From contig NW_024704769.1 in assembly GCF_018977255.1 (NCBI RefSeq), forward strand, positions 4,030,001 through 4,094,000: a stretch of 64,000 nucleotides of DNA, written 5' to 3'. Under the pieces are notes generated by a model. That model was not told the origin of the DNA, searched no databases, and was given only the letters and a program-made list of their open reading frames with translations. The DNA comes from Callorhinchus milii (taxonomy: Eukaryota). Positions within the stretch are counted from its first letter, which is position 1, and each line of letters opens with the position of its first letter. The translations under genes and the position numbers were made by a program. This document shows positions 24,701-39,774 of this stretch, piece after piece.

Positions 24701-26068
24701 TTGCCTGATGAAAATGTTTTATGTGTGTCTTACAGCCAGGAAGTGGTGACTCTGGGAGCTGGTGATTTTGGGAGCTTGTGTCTGCAGCTGTCACAGCAGC
24801 CAGGGGAATACTCCTACTTCAGCCCGAGGATGATGAAGATGTGGGCAGGGCCAGAACACTGGCGGTTCCGAGCTCGCCACAAAGGTCAGTCCCATCACCT
24901 CGTGGTGAGAGTGCAGTGAGAGACACATCACAGGTTATCTGCGTGTCATCCTGGTGCAGTTGGTAACGCTCTCACCTCTGAGTCAGAAGGTTGTGGGTTC
25001 GATCCTATGGGGGCAAAGGCGGGTAATTGGAGTCGAGGTACAGATCAGTCATAGAATGGTGGAACAGGCTCGATGGGCTGAATGACCTCCTCCTGTTCCT
25101 ATGTTCCTACATTCCACATTATTATTTTACATTTTTTTTTGAAGGGTTTATTACCCCCGGAAAAGCAATCCGCCAATTGACTAACAGCCAGTGATGCTCA
25201 CTGCGAGGTAAACATAGCGTTACTTGCCTAAGGGTTCCATCTGCCAACCTCCCCTACCCCTGGCTGCTTGTCCTCCCACATTCTCATTGTATGGAAATCA
25301 AAATCCATCCCATTGTCTCTCCTATTTCTCCTCTGTTAGAAACCTCACCCCCTTTTTAACAGCAATCTTCTTCCCTTCCTCCGACCGCTCTCCAGCTTTG
25401 AAATATCCCAACCTTGGCCAAGCTCACGCTTCACTGAAACCCATTTTAAGGCATTCCATCCCTCCTCTCTCTGCAAACGCTTTCCTCTTCCCTTTGTGGG
25501 TGTCCTTCACACACACCCAGGTGTCACAACAGAAAATGCAGCTGGTAATCCCTTCCACGCCATGCACACACACACAGATGGCCTCGCTGCAGCTAACCCT
25601 ACTTACTCCCGTCTATATTTTGAGTACATGCATCTCTCACCCGCAGACGGCCCTTTAATCAGATTTGGCGATCGATCATTCAAAACATATGGGCCCTGGG
25701 TGCCCTCCCAACATTGCTTTCGGTTGAAGGGCTCTCTCTGTCTCTCTGTCTGTCTGTCTGTGTGTCTGTCTGTGTGTGTGACTGCCAGGCTGGGAATGAG
25801 AGACAAAGCCCAGCCCCGGAGAAGGGCTCTGCGGGTCTGTCTCATTGTGTTCTCTCGAGGGTTCGGTTTTTTTTTCATTTACAGACACACAGTCAGACAG
25901 ACAGACAGACAGACAGACCCACGCCCCTTGCAACAAAATAAACCGTGCACACACAGGCTTTCAGCCAGAGAGAACGCAGAGAGAGAGAGAGAGAAAGAGA
26001 CAGTATCCGAAGAAAGAGAGATAAAATGCACCCGTTCGCTCACCGTTACACCACTGAAATGGGTGCAT
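16027..26068 (-). CDS. RNF122: RING finger protein 122, complete, 155 aa; exons 26044-26068, 20084-20240, 18019-18064, 17565-17606, 16949-17031, 16027-16141
   Basis: MHPFQWCN|G...TM segment...RING-H2 [46 protein letters not shown]...IGTLLDELV*. Exon lengths sum to 468 nt with compatible phases. Confidence 0.96.
16295..16523. repeat. 36-bp minisatellite, ~6 units, in RNF122 intron 5
   Basis: Unit GCTGAGCACAGGCAAYGTGWCCCTGTACAGTGAGAT. Confidence 0.93.
16530..16830 (-). mobile_element. L2-type LINE 3' end fragment (example; similar fragments at ~3085-3290, 7530-7750, 26840-27100, 33420-33690, 46920-47290, 48130-48350, 51015-51290)
   Basis: Recurrent tail ...CTCCTGATCCCAACCCCCAGCTCGGGTCCAAATCCCTGACTGTCCAGCGCCTTGGGACGTCCTCCTGACGTGAAAGGCGCTGTGTAAATG, whose last ~45 nt resemble the SINE tail. 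Confidence 0.7.
20431..24884 (+). pseudogene. NCAPH: Defective partial duplicate of NCAPH (coding exons 1-9); probably a haplotig or assembly artefact
   Basis: 20371-~25000 nearly matches 26471-~31105. It carries single-base deletions in G runs of exon 6 (~22998) and exon 8 (~23940-23990), starts right after a 25-N gap and ends inside a SINE head. Confidence 0.75.
24345..24495 (-). mobile_element. CR1 LINE ORF2 C-terminal fragment (duplicate at ~30460-30610)
   Basis: Translates to [49 protein letters not shown], the typical CR1 RT C-terminus. Confidence 0.85.
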
Positions 26069-26339
26069 CAATAATCCCGGGGTTTGCTTTTTTTTTGAGC
26101 AGAGAATGTTAAGTCTCACAGCAATGGAGGCGTCTGGTTTCCTCCCTACATTCTCGGAGGCTGTGGTGGGGGCAGACAGGGCCGACCAGGGGGGGGGGGG
26201 GGGGTCCCGGGCTGGAGGCTCCTCGGTGTGTGGTGTGTGTGTGTGTGTGTGTGAGAGCTGCTCTCAGACCCCTCCAGTCACTCCCACCCCTCAGTCTGTG
26301 CGCTGACACTGACAGGGTTTCCCCAGGGATTCCCCTCCC

Positions 26340-26430
26340 TCAGCGCGTCACTAACCAGACCGACCAATCACCGCCCGGCCTCCCGCAGCCGGTGGCCAAT
26401 CAGAACGGCCGCAGCGCTTCCGGTGTCTGC
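26340..26430. promoter_or_regulatory. RNF122 upstream promoter, possibly bidirectional
   Basis: CCAAT boxes at 26364 and 26396 (32 bp apart), a GC box and an ETS-like CTTCCGG in CpG-rich sequence. Confidence 0.6.
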
Positions 26431-26530
26431 GCCACACAACAATAATAATAATAATATAAATCATCATCAAGACTTGACTTGACTTGACGGCGCCTCTGCT
26501 GACCAGCGAGTGTTTGGTTCACAGGTGGCG

Positions 26531-29500
26531 ATGACTACCTCCACCCCACAGTTCCAGGGGGACAAGATGGCCGAGCGCGCCTCTGCGTCTTCGGGCGCAA
26601 AGCGGCAAGCGGTGCAGAGCGCCGGGGCCGCCATGCTGCTGAGCGTGGCGGGGAACGACGACGAACGCGAGAGAAGAGAGCGGCGACGCTCCAGGCTGAT
26701 CGATCTCCAGCTGAGCAACACCGAGAGCCCTCTGGTGTCGCCGGCGACGAGGTGGGATCCCCACTTGCCTCGTCCGTGGCAATAAAATAAGAATAAAGTC
26801 AAATAATAAAATGGTGCACTCCAAGTTCCGCCCGGCCCCGCCCGCCCCACCATCGGTAGCCGGACCTTCAGCCTCTTTGCCCCCACCCTTTGGAACCCCA
26901 TCCTGCAGTCTCTCTGCCTTCGCCCCCTTACTTGACTCCTTCAAGGCCCATCTGAAGATCTTTGACAGCACCTTAGGTCACTCTCCTACCCCTGCCCTCT
27001 CTCTACCCCTCCTGATCCCAACCTCTAGCTCGGAAACAAATCACTGACTGTCCAGCGCCTTGGGACGTCCTCCTGACGGGAAAGGCGCCGTGTAAATGTC
27101 TAAATGTCATTTGTGGTTGTTGATGTAATGCGATGACTTTGGCATTGTTGGGATTGGGCTGATTAGTTTTCACCAATGTGACGACATCAGTCTGTTATTA
27201 GAAAAATGTGCAATGGGCACATATTGTGTCCTGAATCTTGCCGTACAGTCTTGTTGCTGTGTTGTCCAGGAGGCTAACTGATCCTGACCTTGTGTTTGTG
27301 TGCGTGTGTGTTTGTTTCAGGAGCACACCACAATTCTGCAATGCCACTCTGTCAAATAACCAGATATCAGAGCATTACTCAACCTGTATCAAACTGTGCT
27401 CCGAAAATGTAAGTCAAGTGATATTTGTGCTCAGTTTTACAATTGGATGTTTCTCCAAGAAACTGTGTGTTACTGTTCCATTTTAAAAAAAAGATATTGT
27501 CTATTTGTAGTTCTTGGATCTAGAATATTAAAATGTTATTTGATTTGCTCCGACAGGAAGCTTTGCCTCTTTAATGCTTCCCATTTGAACACAAGAATTT
27601 GCTGGCGAAAAGAAGACCAAGGTCCATCTTGTTTGCCTTCCATTGTCCTGGCAGCCGCTTGACATGTTGTGTCTCAAACTATATACTGTGTATTATTACC
27701 TAACAGAAACCTATCTCATTTGCTTTTGAAAGCAAATCTAATTTGCATTTGTGTGCTATACTTTGTATTAAATCCTGTGAGGCACTTTTGAGACGTCCTC
27801 CCGACACGAAAGACGCTATACCGAATACAAGGATTATTAGTATTATTTTTTCTTGTAGAAAATCACCGCAAAGAATGCCTTTGGTCTTCACCTGATAGAT
27901 TACATGGCCGACCTCCTCAAGGAGAGAGACTCTGAACTCATCAACTTCAAGGTTAGAGAGTCACAGTGTGCTGAAACGTGTTCAGTTCCTACTTACCTTC
28001 CTACTCTGGGCTCCCTGTTCAATCCGAGACTCTGACTTCTGTTTTCTGTATAATGTAAGGGAATAATTTGTTCTGGCTGATGGGGTATGGCCAGCCTTAT
28101 TATATCCTATTATATTGTTGACTCATGGTTTGCAGATGGCAGCCGGCACGTTGGATGCCAGTGCTAAGATCTACGCTGTGCGAGTGGACGCCATTCACTC
28201 CGATGTGTTCAGAGTTCTCGGAGGCCTGGGTAAGAACCCAGAGACTGCAGATAAGGCTGAAGGTGAGCAACTGCAATTGGCTTTTTTTTAAATGGTAGAA
28301 AGAAACAGAAAATTTAAAAAGCATTGCTCAGAAATAGGGTAGCCTTCTCTTTACACTTGCTCATCCCACACTTGCTTCCAGTCTGCCCGCAAAACACACA
28401 GTGACTACACTTTACAGTGGATCCTGTGAAGTGCTTTGAGACGTCTCAATGACGTGATAAGGTGCTATATCAAATGCAAGGTTTATTATTATTAAACTTA
28501 TTCTGTTTAAACTCACTGTAATGTGATTTTTTTCTGTGCGATGTTTAAACCCAATGTGACATCCTGTGTCTGTGCGCAGAGAGCAGCCGGAACAAGCTCG
28601 ATGCCGACGGGAACCCAAAAAATCCCCAGAAGCAGTGGAGAAAAAAACACTCATACAAAACCATTGAGCAAAATCTGAACAACATTACGTACAGTGCAGC
28701 GGACATAAAATGTGAGGTAAGTGTGTGCTTCGTCTCAATTTCCTCCTTTGGTGGATGGCATCTTATTACTGCTGTGTGGCTTCCTGGGTGCTTGGAGCTG
28801 GGTAACTCACCAGTGAACGTGAGGGGATGGCAAATCAGCCTGGTCCTGTCCATGTTGCCGACTGGGTTAACGGAAAGTGATTCAAAGCTTGACTGATCTC
28901 TCTTTAGGCATCTCTTCTAACATCAAGTATGATTTTATTGATGTGGTGGATGGTAGTTGCTTCTAAAAAAGGGCAGTTTAAAAGTTTATCAGCTGATTTT
29001 AGGTTTAAAATGAGTCGATCTGTAGATTTAGTCCTATTTCTTGTGATTTGTAGAATGATCCCATGTTCCAAAAAGCGGCCTTCTCCTTTGACGAGGGCAG
29101 TACGATGGGGGTGTTTCTGATGAACCTGCAGACGTATGGACACTGCTCCGAGTTACTGTTCGATTCCGACGTGAAACTCCTTCAGACCGGCCCTGCTCCA
29201 CCGCCAGTGCCTCTAACATATGTGGAGATTTCAGGTCTCGCAGGTAGGTTTAACCCTGACTCTTCTGGTGTGATACAATGTTCACTCGGGCACTTTTGAG
29301 ACGTCCTCCTGATGTAAAGGTGCGATATCACCCACAAAGTACACAGTCATTCCACTTTACAGTATATCCAATGAAGCGCATTGAGACATCTGAATGGCGT
29401 GAAAGGCGCTATAGCAAATGCAAGGATTATTATTATTATTAACACGCAAGACTTTTGTTTTTAATCCCGTCCCTCGGTTAGTCGGTGAGAAACAGTTGTG

Positions 29501-32500
29501 CTTCCAGCTTCTCTTGAAATGTATGTGAGAGGAAGAACAGGGAATGTATCTTCATGCTATGTGTGTGTTTGTGTATGCGCGTATGTGTGTAGTTAATAGT
29601 AAGTTATGCCAGTTTCTGACCATCCCCTTACAATCTGATCAAGTCCTACTTAATCCAAGTCGGACGCCTGGTTTACGCCTGGATGTGAAATGTGCTCTAT
29701 AAATGCAATGTGTTGTGTCTGTGTCTGACTGAGTGTCTGTTTAATGTCTGTCAGCCCTTCAGCAGTCTGTGGAAGGCAAGCGCATCTGTCCTTCGTTTGA
29801 AGACTTTCAGTTCACAAAGTGGGATAGTGAAGCTGAAGATCAGCAGGTAAACAACAACACATTACAGCGGCTGTATTTTGGCCTGACACCTCTGGTTAGT
29901 TAACTGTACATTTAAACTTAACTGTGTGTATCTCATTGATGCTCTGCAGTTGGTCTCGTCAATAATGGACAGATTCAAGAAAAGCGAGCACTTGTTTGAC
30001 ATGGACGCGGAGCCGGAGTTTGGGGACCAGGATGATGCCCCCGAGGACGCGTTTGACGGGGACCTGTGCGACGATGATGGTGGAGGGGGAGACCAGGGGG
30101 GCACCACGTTTACAGAGCACAGGGAAGCCTGCAAGATTGATCGAGTGGGCGTCAGGTAAAGGTCTTCACTAAACTTCACAGTACGTGCAGGCTGAGAACA
30201 GCAATGTGCGGCTGAAACTATGTACGAGGTGGAATTTAAGAGTTTGCTCGACAAAAGAAGGCCATCCAGTTTGCCTTCCACGATCCTGGCAGTCTCTTGC
30301 ACATGTCATGTCCCAAACTATATACTGTATCTTGATATTATTTCTTAACAGAAATCTATTGCATTGAATTTCCCCCCTTCAATCGCAGGCCGTGTCCTCT
30401 AGATCAACTGTTCAGGAGAAGATAAAACATCTTATCATGGTCTACATTATCTGTTCAACTTTAGAATTTTAAAGCCTGCGATAATATCACCTCTCAACCT
30501 TCTTTTCTCTAGCATGAGTATATCAAGTTGACCTAATCGCTCCTCATAGTCAAGTCCTCCATCCCCTCTATCGTTTTGGTTGCTCTCCTCTGTATCCTCT
30601 CAATCGCTGGACACAAAACCTTACCTCTGGCACTGTCGTTGTAACTACAACATGGCATTCCATGTGGCTGCAGTGAGTGACTTATCCTTGCTGCCTTTCA
30701 GCAAAGATTGAAGTGTGAGCAAGAGGTGCTGAGCACTGGTACAGGTTTGGATACAGTTCTTGTTTATACCACGTTTCTGAATGCACTTCCCCTCAGTAAC
30801 ATTTTAGATCAGTGTTGCCTGATGAAAATGTTTTATGTGTGTCTTACAGCCAGGAAGTGGTGACTCTGGGAGCTGGTGATTTTGGGAGCTTGTGTCTGCA
30901 GCTGTCACAGCAGCCAGGGGAATACTCCTACTTCAGCCCGAGGATGATGAAGATGTGGGCAGGGCCAGAACACTGGCGGTTCCGAGCTCGCCACAAAGGT
31001 CAGTCCCATCACCTCGTGGTGAGAGTGCAGTGAGAGACACATCACAGGTTATCTGCGTGTCATCCTGGTGCAGTTGGTAACGCTCTCACCTCTGAGTCAG
31101 AAGGTTGTGGGTTGGATCCCCCACGTTGGGACTTGGAATCAAACAGTCCAGCGCTGGGGGAGAGGCTGCATTGTCCTTTGGATGAGACGTTAAACTGAGT
31201 TCTCCATCTGCCTGTTCAGGTGGATGTTAAAGATCCCGCGGCACTATTCGAAAAGAGAAGGGAGCTTCTCTCTCTCCCCCAATGTTCTGGTCGACAATCC
31301 CCTAAAATAAAATTGGTTGCTCACTCCAAGGCTGTTTGGGAAACGCTGCTGTGCATAAACAAAATACACAGTCACTACACTTTACTGTAAATTCAGTGAA
31401 GCACTTGGAGACATCTCAACAATGTGATAATATCAAATGCAAGGGTTATTGTTATTATGTACAAATTAACACAATGTTGTAAAGCATTCTCAGTAACAGT
31501 CTCTCTTTCCCCTCCCTCCTCCCGTGCTCCAGCAGACGTTGTTACTGTCGGTGAGACCAGGAAAAAAACAGCCAAGAAAAGCTTTGAAATTGATCTTAAC
31601 GAGGAAATAGTCTTCGAGACTTATTTCAGAAAGACCAAGGTTCGTACATCACAATATTCAGCAAGTGACAATCAAACTGGTGGGTGACGGGTGCGTCAGT
31701 GTTCATGTGTGGTTGGGACTATTTCTGAATGGGGCTGATATGGTCTGTGTCCAATTCCCTGACTGTCCAGCGCCTTGGAATGTCCTCCTGACGTGAAAGG
31801 CGCTGTGTAAATGTAATGTGTTGTTGTGGTGGTGATGTTTAGGGTGTGACTGTCTCCTCCAGGCTTCCACAATCATCTCGCACGCTGCTCTGGGCAAACA
31901 CAGTAAAAAGCTGACCACGCTGCCAGCAGATTTCCACTACAATCCAGACCACCTCATCCGCTTGTCTCTCAAACCTTCCATCACGGTAATCAAACGCGTG
32001 TTGACATTGGCTGTCTGTTTCCCCAGTAATTCAATCCGTGACTGTTTGTGGGAGGGGCAATTATCTGCCGCGTTTCGTCCACAAAATACACAGTGACTAC
32101 ACTTTACAGTATATCCTGTGAAGCGCTTTGAGATGTCTCAAAGATGATATCGAATGCAAGGATTATTACTATTTGTCACTGCGATGAACGGATTCTCACC
32201 AGTGTTTATCTGATGGCCTGTCTGCAGCTGAAGTGGACGGTGCCTGAGAGCGTCTCCTCAGAGCAGGACGAGGGAATCGGGGAATACGATTATAACAACG
32301 CCAACGACACCTCCAACTTCTGCCCCGGAGTTCAGGTGGGTGACTGAGGTCTCAACAGGAGCTCATCTCCCCTGTTGTTAACCCTTCCTCCCTCCCTCCC
32401 TCCCTCCCAGTGCCAGGTCTGTAGCTGTAGTTTCTCCTCACAGCAGACAGTGACCTCTCCCCCTGTTCCCCGCAGATTGACAGTGATGATGAACAGGATG

Positions 32501-34689
32501 GGTTTGTAGCTGACGCAGGGCTGGAGCAAGGAGAGTGCGGCATCGAGCCCGGCAGCAACCAACTGAACATCACCACGTACAGAGGAGAAAACCTGGTGGC
32601 AGAGCCTCACAGAGTAAGTGGGTTAGAGACATCTCTATAACTGCAGTCAGACGGGCCTGCTCCTCTGCTGGAGCTCGAGGGACCTATGTTCAGGCTTTCT
32701 CCAGCGATCACAATCGAGACATCTGTGCTAACACCTCGGAACATTTATATTTCACGATGGGGGGGACGTCTCAAAGCACTTAAACTCTCTGGTTTGTCTG
32801 TCTGTCTGGAAACTCATTCACTCTGCCACTCACTCAAGCTCTGCTGATTGGCTGAAATGCAAAGACGTACGTCTATATTTAGATATAATGCTTAATATAA
32901 TCCTTGCATTTGATATAGAATTAATCACACCATTGAATAGTGTGGATTATAATAATAATAATCCTTGTATTTGATATAGCGCCTTTTCACAGGATTGAGT
33001 GACTATAATCCCAACTCTGAATCTTACAGGTCAATAAAATCCTACTGAATTATGAAAAAACTGCCAAAAAGGTGGATGTGAAGCGGCTGAAACAGAACAT
33101 GTGGCAGCTGCTGACAGAAGTGCCAGAGAGAGAGGTGAGGTGGCACAATCTGAAAATAATAATAATCCTTGTATTTGATACAGCGCCTTATCACGTCTCA
33201 AAGCGCCTCTCATTGTAAAGTGTAGTGACCGTGTATTTTATGGGTAAAGCACGGCAGCCAATTGGGCACAGCAGTGCCCCACAAACAGTCGTGGTTTGAG
33301 TGACCAGTTGGAAGGAGTCTCACAGTGCGATCCCGTCTCTGAGAGGAGAGCAGCAATCCCCACCTCACCGTGTGAGCTGCTCTGCTGTGACTCCAGTCCC
33401 TCTCCTACTGAGGTCCCATTCAAAGCATTGACTTGTCTTGTCCGGCTTGCTCCACCTCCCCCACCCTGCCCATCCCTCTGGGACCCCAACCCACAGTCTC
33501 TTCACCTCTCCCCCTCCCTTGCCTCCTTCATAAACCCTCTCAAGACCCTCCTCTTTGTCCGCCCCTTCGGTCATCTTTCTACCCGCACCCTCCACCCCTC
33601 CTGATCCCAACCACCAGCTCCGGTGCGGATCCCTGACTCTCCAGCGCCTTGGGACGCCCTCCTGACCTGAAAGGCGCCATGTAATTGATATTTGTTGTCA
33701 TACAAATGTAATTTTGTTGTTGTTGTAACAGAACGGCATCACTGAGGAGATTCTGGTGGACGCTGTGAAAGGAGAACAAAGCTTTACAGCCATCACCAAG
33801 CGTCTGTTTGAAAGGTAAACCCTTGAGTTATTAACTCGCCTCATTTCAGCTCCATCAGCAATTATACTTGCTTTGTTAAAGAACTGTTTTACTATGAAAA
33901 CTCCACACACACATGGGTGGTGGAAGCCGTGTGTGGGAGAGGGCTTCCACACTGAGTAACACCGGGGCACTGGGCTGTGTTGCTGCTTCTCTGATGAGAT
34001 CTCTCCTCTGGCTGCAGGTTACCTAACTCAATGGCAAAGAATCTCTCCATTCCCTTGGCCTTCGCTTGTTTGCTCCACTTAGCCAACGAGAAGGTAAGCA
34101 ACTCTCAGGCTTTAATTATGATACTAATCCTCATATTTGATATAGCGCCTTATCACATCGTTGAGACGTCTCAAAAGTGCTTCACAGGATATACCATAAA
34201 GTGGATTCACTGTGTATTTTGTGGCTGAAACGGGGCAGCCAATTACACACAGCAGTGTCCAACAAACAGTCGTGGGTTGAGTGACCACATTATTATTTTT
34301 TGGAGGGATTATTACCCCGGAAAGTGATCAGCCAATCAACTAACAACCAGGTTCCTACTTACTGCTCGGTAAACAGGGGCATGTGGAGTAAGTAAGGAAG
34401 TTTGCCTGAGGTTTCGTCCCGCCTGGGAATGATTTCAACTTGAAGAAAAATTTGGGGTTTAGTAATCTACTTCTGTCTCTTGTGCCAAACAGAAGAGAGT
34501 CAATGTCAGCGACTGAGTCAATCTAGAGCAGGAAGGCTGTTCTGTGTTGAGGCTGTTCTGACTGGGGTGGGGGGTGTACACGTGCATCTAGAAAAGACGT
34601 TTAAACTATTTCATTGTTTTTTTCCCCAGAATCTGGAGATCCTAGGACAGGAAGACTTGTCTGATGTCCTCATAAAACAAGGGATCTGA
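26531..34689 (+). CDS. NCAPH: Condensin I kleisin subunit CAP-H, 700 aa; exons 26531-26751, 27321-27408, 27859-27951, 28136-28262, 28580-28716, 29054-29243, 29755-29846, 29950-30155, 30850-30998, 31533-31639, 31863-31985, 32228-32335, 32476-32613, 33030-33134, 33732-33814, 34018-34093, 34630-34689
   Basis: [90 protein letters not shown] and [17 protein letters not shown]. 2103 nt in frame. AATAAA at 35001-35006. Confidence 0.96.
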
Positions 34690-36359
34690 TCTTGTCCGGG
34701 TCCCATCCTGGTCACCTTTACACAAGCAGGCTTCAGCTGTGATGAAGTCTAGAACTGTCCGCCTTTTCTCTGCATTTCCTCTCGTCTCCAGATGATGATC
34801 ATCTACAGGACTGTCAGTTCTCTACACATCATTCCCTACCTACTGAAGACAAGCAGATCTCCTGGGCCTGTCAGTCAGGCGGCCTGAGCCAGTCCACCAC
34901 CTCAATGTGGAGTGTGTTTGGGACATTGAAGCTTCTCCTTGTAAATAACTGATCTCATGTGCAATTATGTAGTTAGAATTTTGTTGGTATTTTACTTTCT
35001 AATAAACTTTATATAAAATCTCTCATCTGGCAGCTTACTGGGCTGTTAGTTAATCGTTCCCAGCTAACTGAAGTTGTCTTCCATTACATCTGGATTCAGA
35101 GCACATGCACGGGGATGATATCATGGGGATGATATACTGAGGCTACCCTGCATAGGTTAGCTTGGAAGTTCTTTGGGATGTGAACAGAGTAATGGTTTGA
35201 CAACGCTAAGCTTATGGCCAGGAATGAGCACCTTTCACAGTGCTCGTGCGTGACGACATATGGCATTAAATCACAACAATTAAGCTCTTGTCCATCGGCT
35301 TTCGAATTGAAGGAGAAACAACAGTCCATTGATTTCCCACTCTGAGGTTTAATTAGACACTGAGCAGGAAACTCCCCAACAGTGAATCTTTAGACCAGCA
35401 AACCATCAGCAGACAGACAGACTGATCGAGCAGTTTCTGTCTCGGTTTTTGGCAACTCACAGTGTGCACATTGGTGATGATCGTTCAGAGTCCCTCCCTC
35501 TGAGCAATCGCGTTGCTTTCTCCTGAGGGAATCGTGGTTCTGTGTGTGTGGCTGATGCACTGGTCTGAACAGTGAACACTGCACTGGCAAATAGCTGTCT
35601 GCAAATTCACAGTTAGTCTCACCAAGACTCGCAGTTGAATGACCATTGAGGTTCTGACCCAAATGGTGGATTTTGTTTGCAAATATCCTGCCTTCCTCTG
35701 AATGTCCACATTCAGTAGCTGGGCCAGACTCACAGCTACTTTCAAGGGACTGCTCTCACAATCCAGGATAACACATGACCCAGAAAGTGTCTGGCTCAAT
35801 AGTCAACCCACCATCAGATTTCTATTGTAAAAAGACCCCGAATAACAAGCTTTGATGTATTGCTATCAGTTGATGTCAGCATTTTGTCTTGATCTTTACT
35901 AACAATGGACCAATAATCCGAATGGGCTGAGCACAGAGATCATTACAACATTTCACAAAAACAGGTCCCAATTCACCAGTGAGACACACAAGTCAAGACG
36001 ACAATCCTTCTCGTTTCTCAACGATTACAATACTAAAATACACATACGTGCCTCTGCTCTTTCTTACCCCCTCCCCCCAATAAACAGGTCCCTTTCACTT
36101 ACACACAGTAGTTTAAGCCCATGTGAAGGGGCAATATATAAATGCAAGTTGCTGGAGTTAGCAGGATGGTTCCAATTTTACTCAATCTCCGCTGAACGAC
36201 TGAAAATCTTCACACCAGTGTATGAGTGACGCATCCCAACCCCTCAGGCTTGTGTGACCTACAGCTGTCCTGCAATTCACTTGACGGCAAAGGTCCACAT
36301 CATCACCCTATGAAAGGGATTAATCTTCTTGAAAGTGACTTAAAATATAATTGAAACAT

Positions 36360-36534
36360 TACAGTAAACCTCACACAAGTTGTATCAGTTGGGATCATAC
36401 ACTGAATATGACTAATGCAAAGTATGAGTTATGTCAAACCTATAAGTAATAGGAAATTCAAAGGGACTTGGGGCAGATGTAAGACAGGCGGTTATACGAT
36501 TGATACAGATCAGACTTATGCGAGTTTTACTGCA
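36360..36534. mobile_element. MITE-like element with ~20-bp imperfect terminal inverted repeats (relatives at ~40365-40570, 47613-47783, partial ~53985-54060)
   Basis: 5' end TACAGTAAACCTCACACAAGT versus 3' end ACTTATGCGAGTTTTACTGCA. Internal motifs AGTTGRSAYCA, CAAAGTA, GTCAAAC and AGATCAGACT are shared between copies. Confidence 0.6.
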
Positions 36535-36980
36535 CCAAGAAGGAAGGAATAATCGTGAAGTTTAATCACAGCGGAACTTTCTGGTTTATTTATAATATCA
36601 TGAAATAAGAGACGTGTTTATTTTCTAAAATAAAAAAGTTTACAAAAAATGTTACTTCCTTTTTTTTACACAGTCGTCGAAACCCAGTTTGAAGCCAGTT
36701 TGCAGGTCGGAAAAATGTAAATCTCGTCAGAAAGTTATGTGCAAGAACAGGGATCATTTGTTAGGTTCAGGAGAGAAGACAACATTTCCTTTGCGAGGTG
36801 GAGATGGGCAGCACATAGTCAGTGCGGAACGTAGGAGTCGGCTTTGAGGGTGAGGAAAGGTTGGCGGAAAGTGTGATCGACAGGAAACTCACAACCGTAT
36901 GAAAAGAAGGCTGAGTGAAGCGTGACAGACTGGAGATACGCAGGGGAATGAATGACACACATACACACACGTCCTAGCGT

Positions 36981-39341
<2,361 letters not shown>

Positions 39342-39774
39342 GATGGGTCGGCGCCGCTCCGAGTCGCTGCTGCTCCAACGGCCGCAGCCGACGCATCTGA
39401 CGTCAACGGTTTCCCTCGCGCGCAGCGGGGGCCGAACTGACTGGCGGCAGCGGTGTCCAATCAGCGGCCGCTCCGAAGAGGTCCTCCAGCCAATCGACGA
39501 CATGGTGTGTGGTGGTGGGAGGGGTAGGCGGGACCGCGCGGAGACTTGATGGACGGCGATAGGCGACCAACCAGCGGCCGCTCCGAAGAGGTCCTCCAGC
39601 CAATCGACGACATGGGATGCGGTGGTGGGGCGGGGAAAGGCGGGACCGCGCGGAGACTTGATGGACGGCGATAGGCGTCCAATCAGCGGCCGCTCCGAAG
39701 AGGTCCTCCGGGCAAATGCGGGCGGGGCTGCTGCCCGGGGAGAGGACGGCGCCTGCGCGGCCGCTGGACGCGCG
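39342..39774. promoter_or_regulatory. Bidirectional CpG-island promoter of TMEM127/CIAO1 containing a ~111-bp tandem repeat (2.3 units)
   Basis: The divergent ATGs are 433 bp apart. Units start at 39457, 39567 and 39679 (CCAAYCAGCGGCCGCTCCGAAGAGGTCCTCC...) and carry CCAAT and GC boxes. TGACGTCA at ~39398. Confidence 0.85.
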
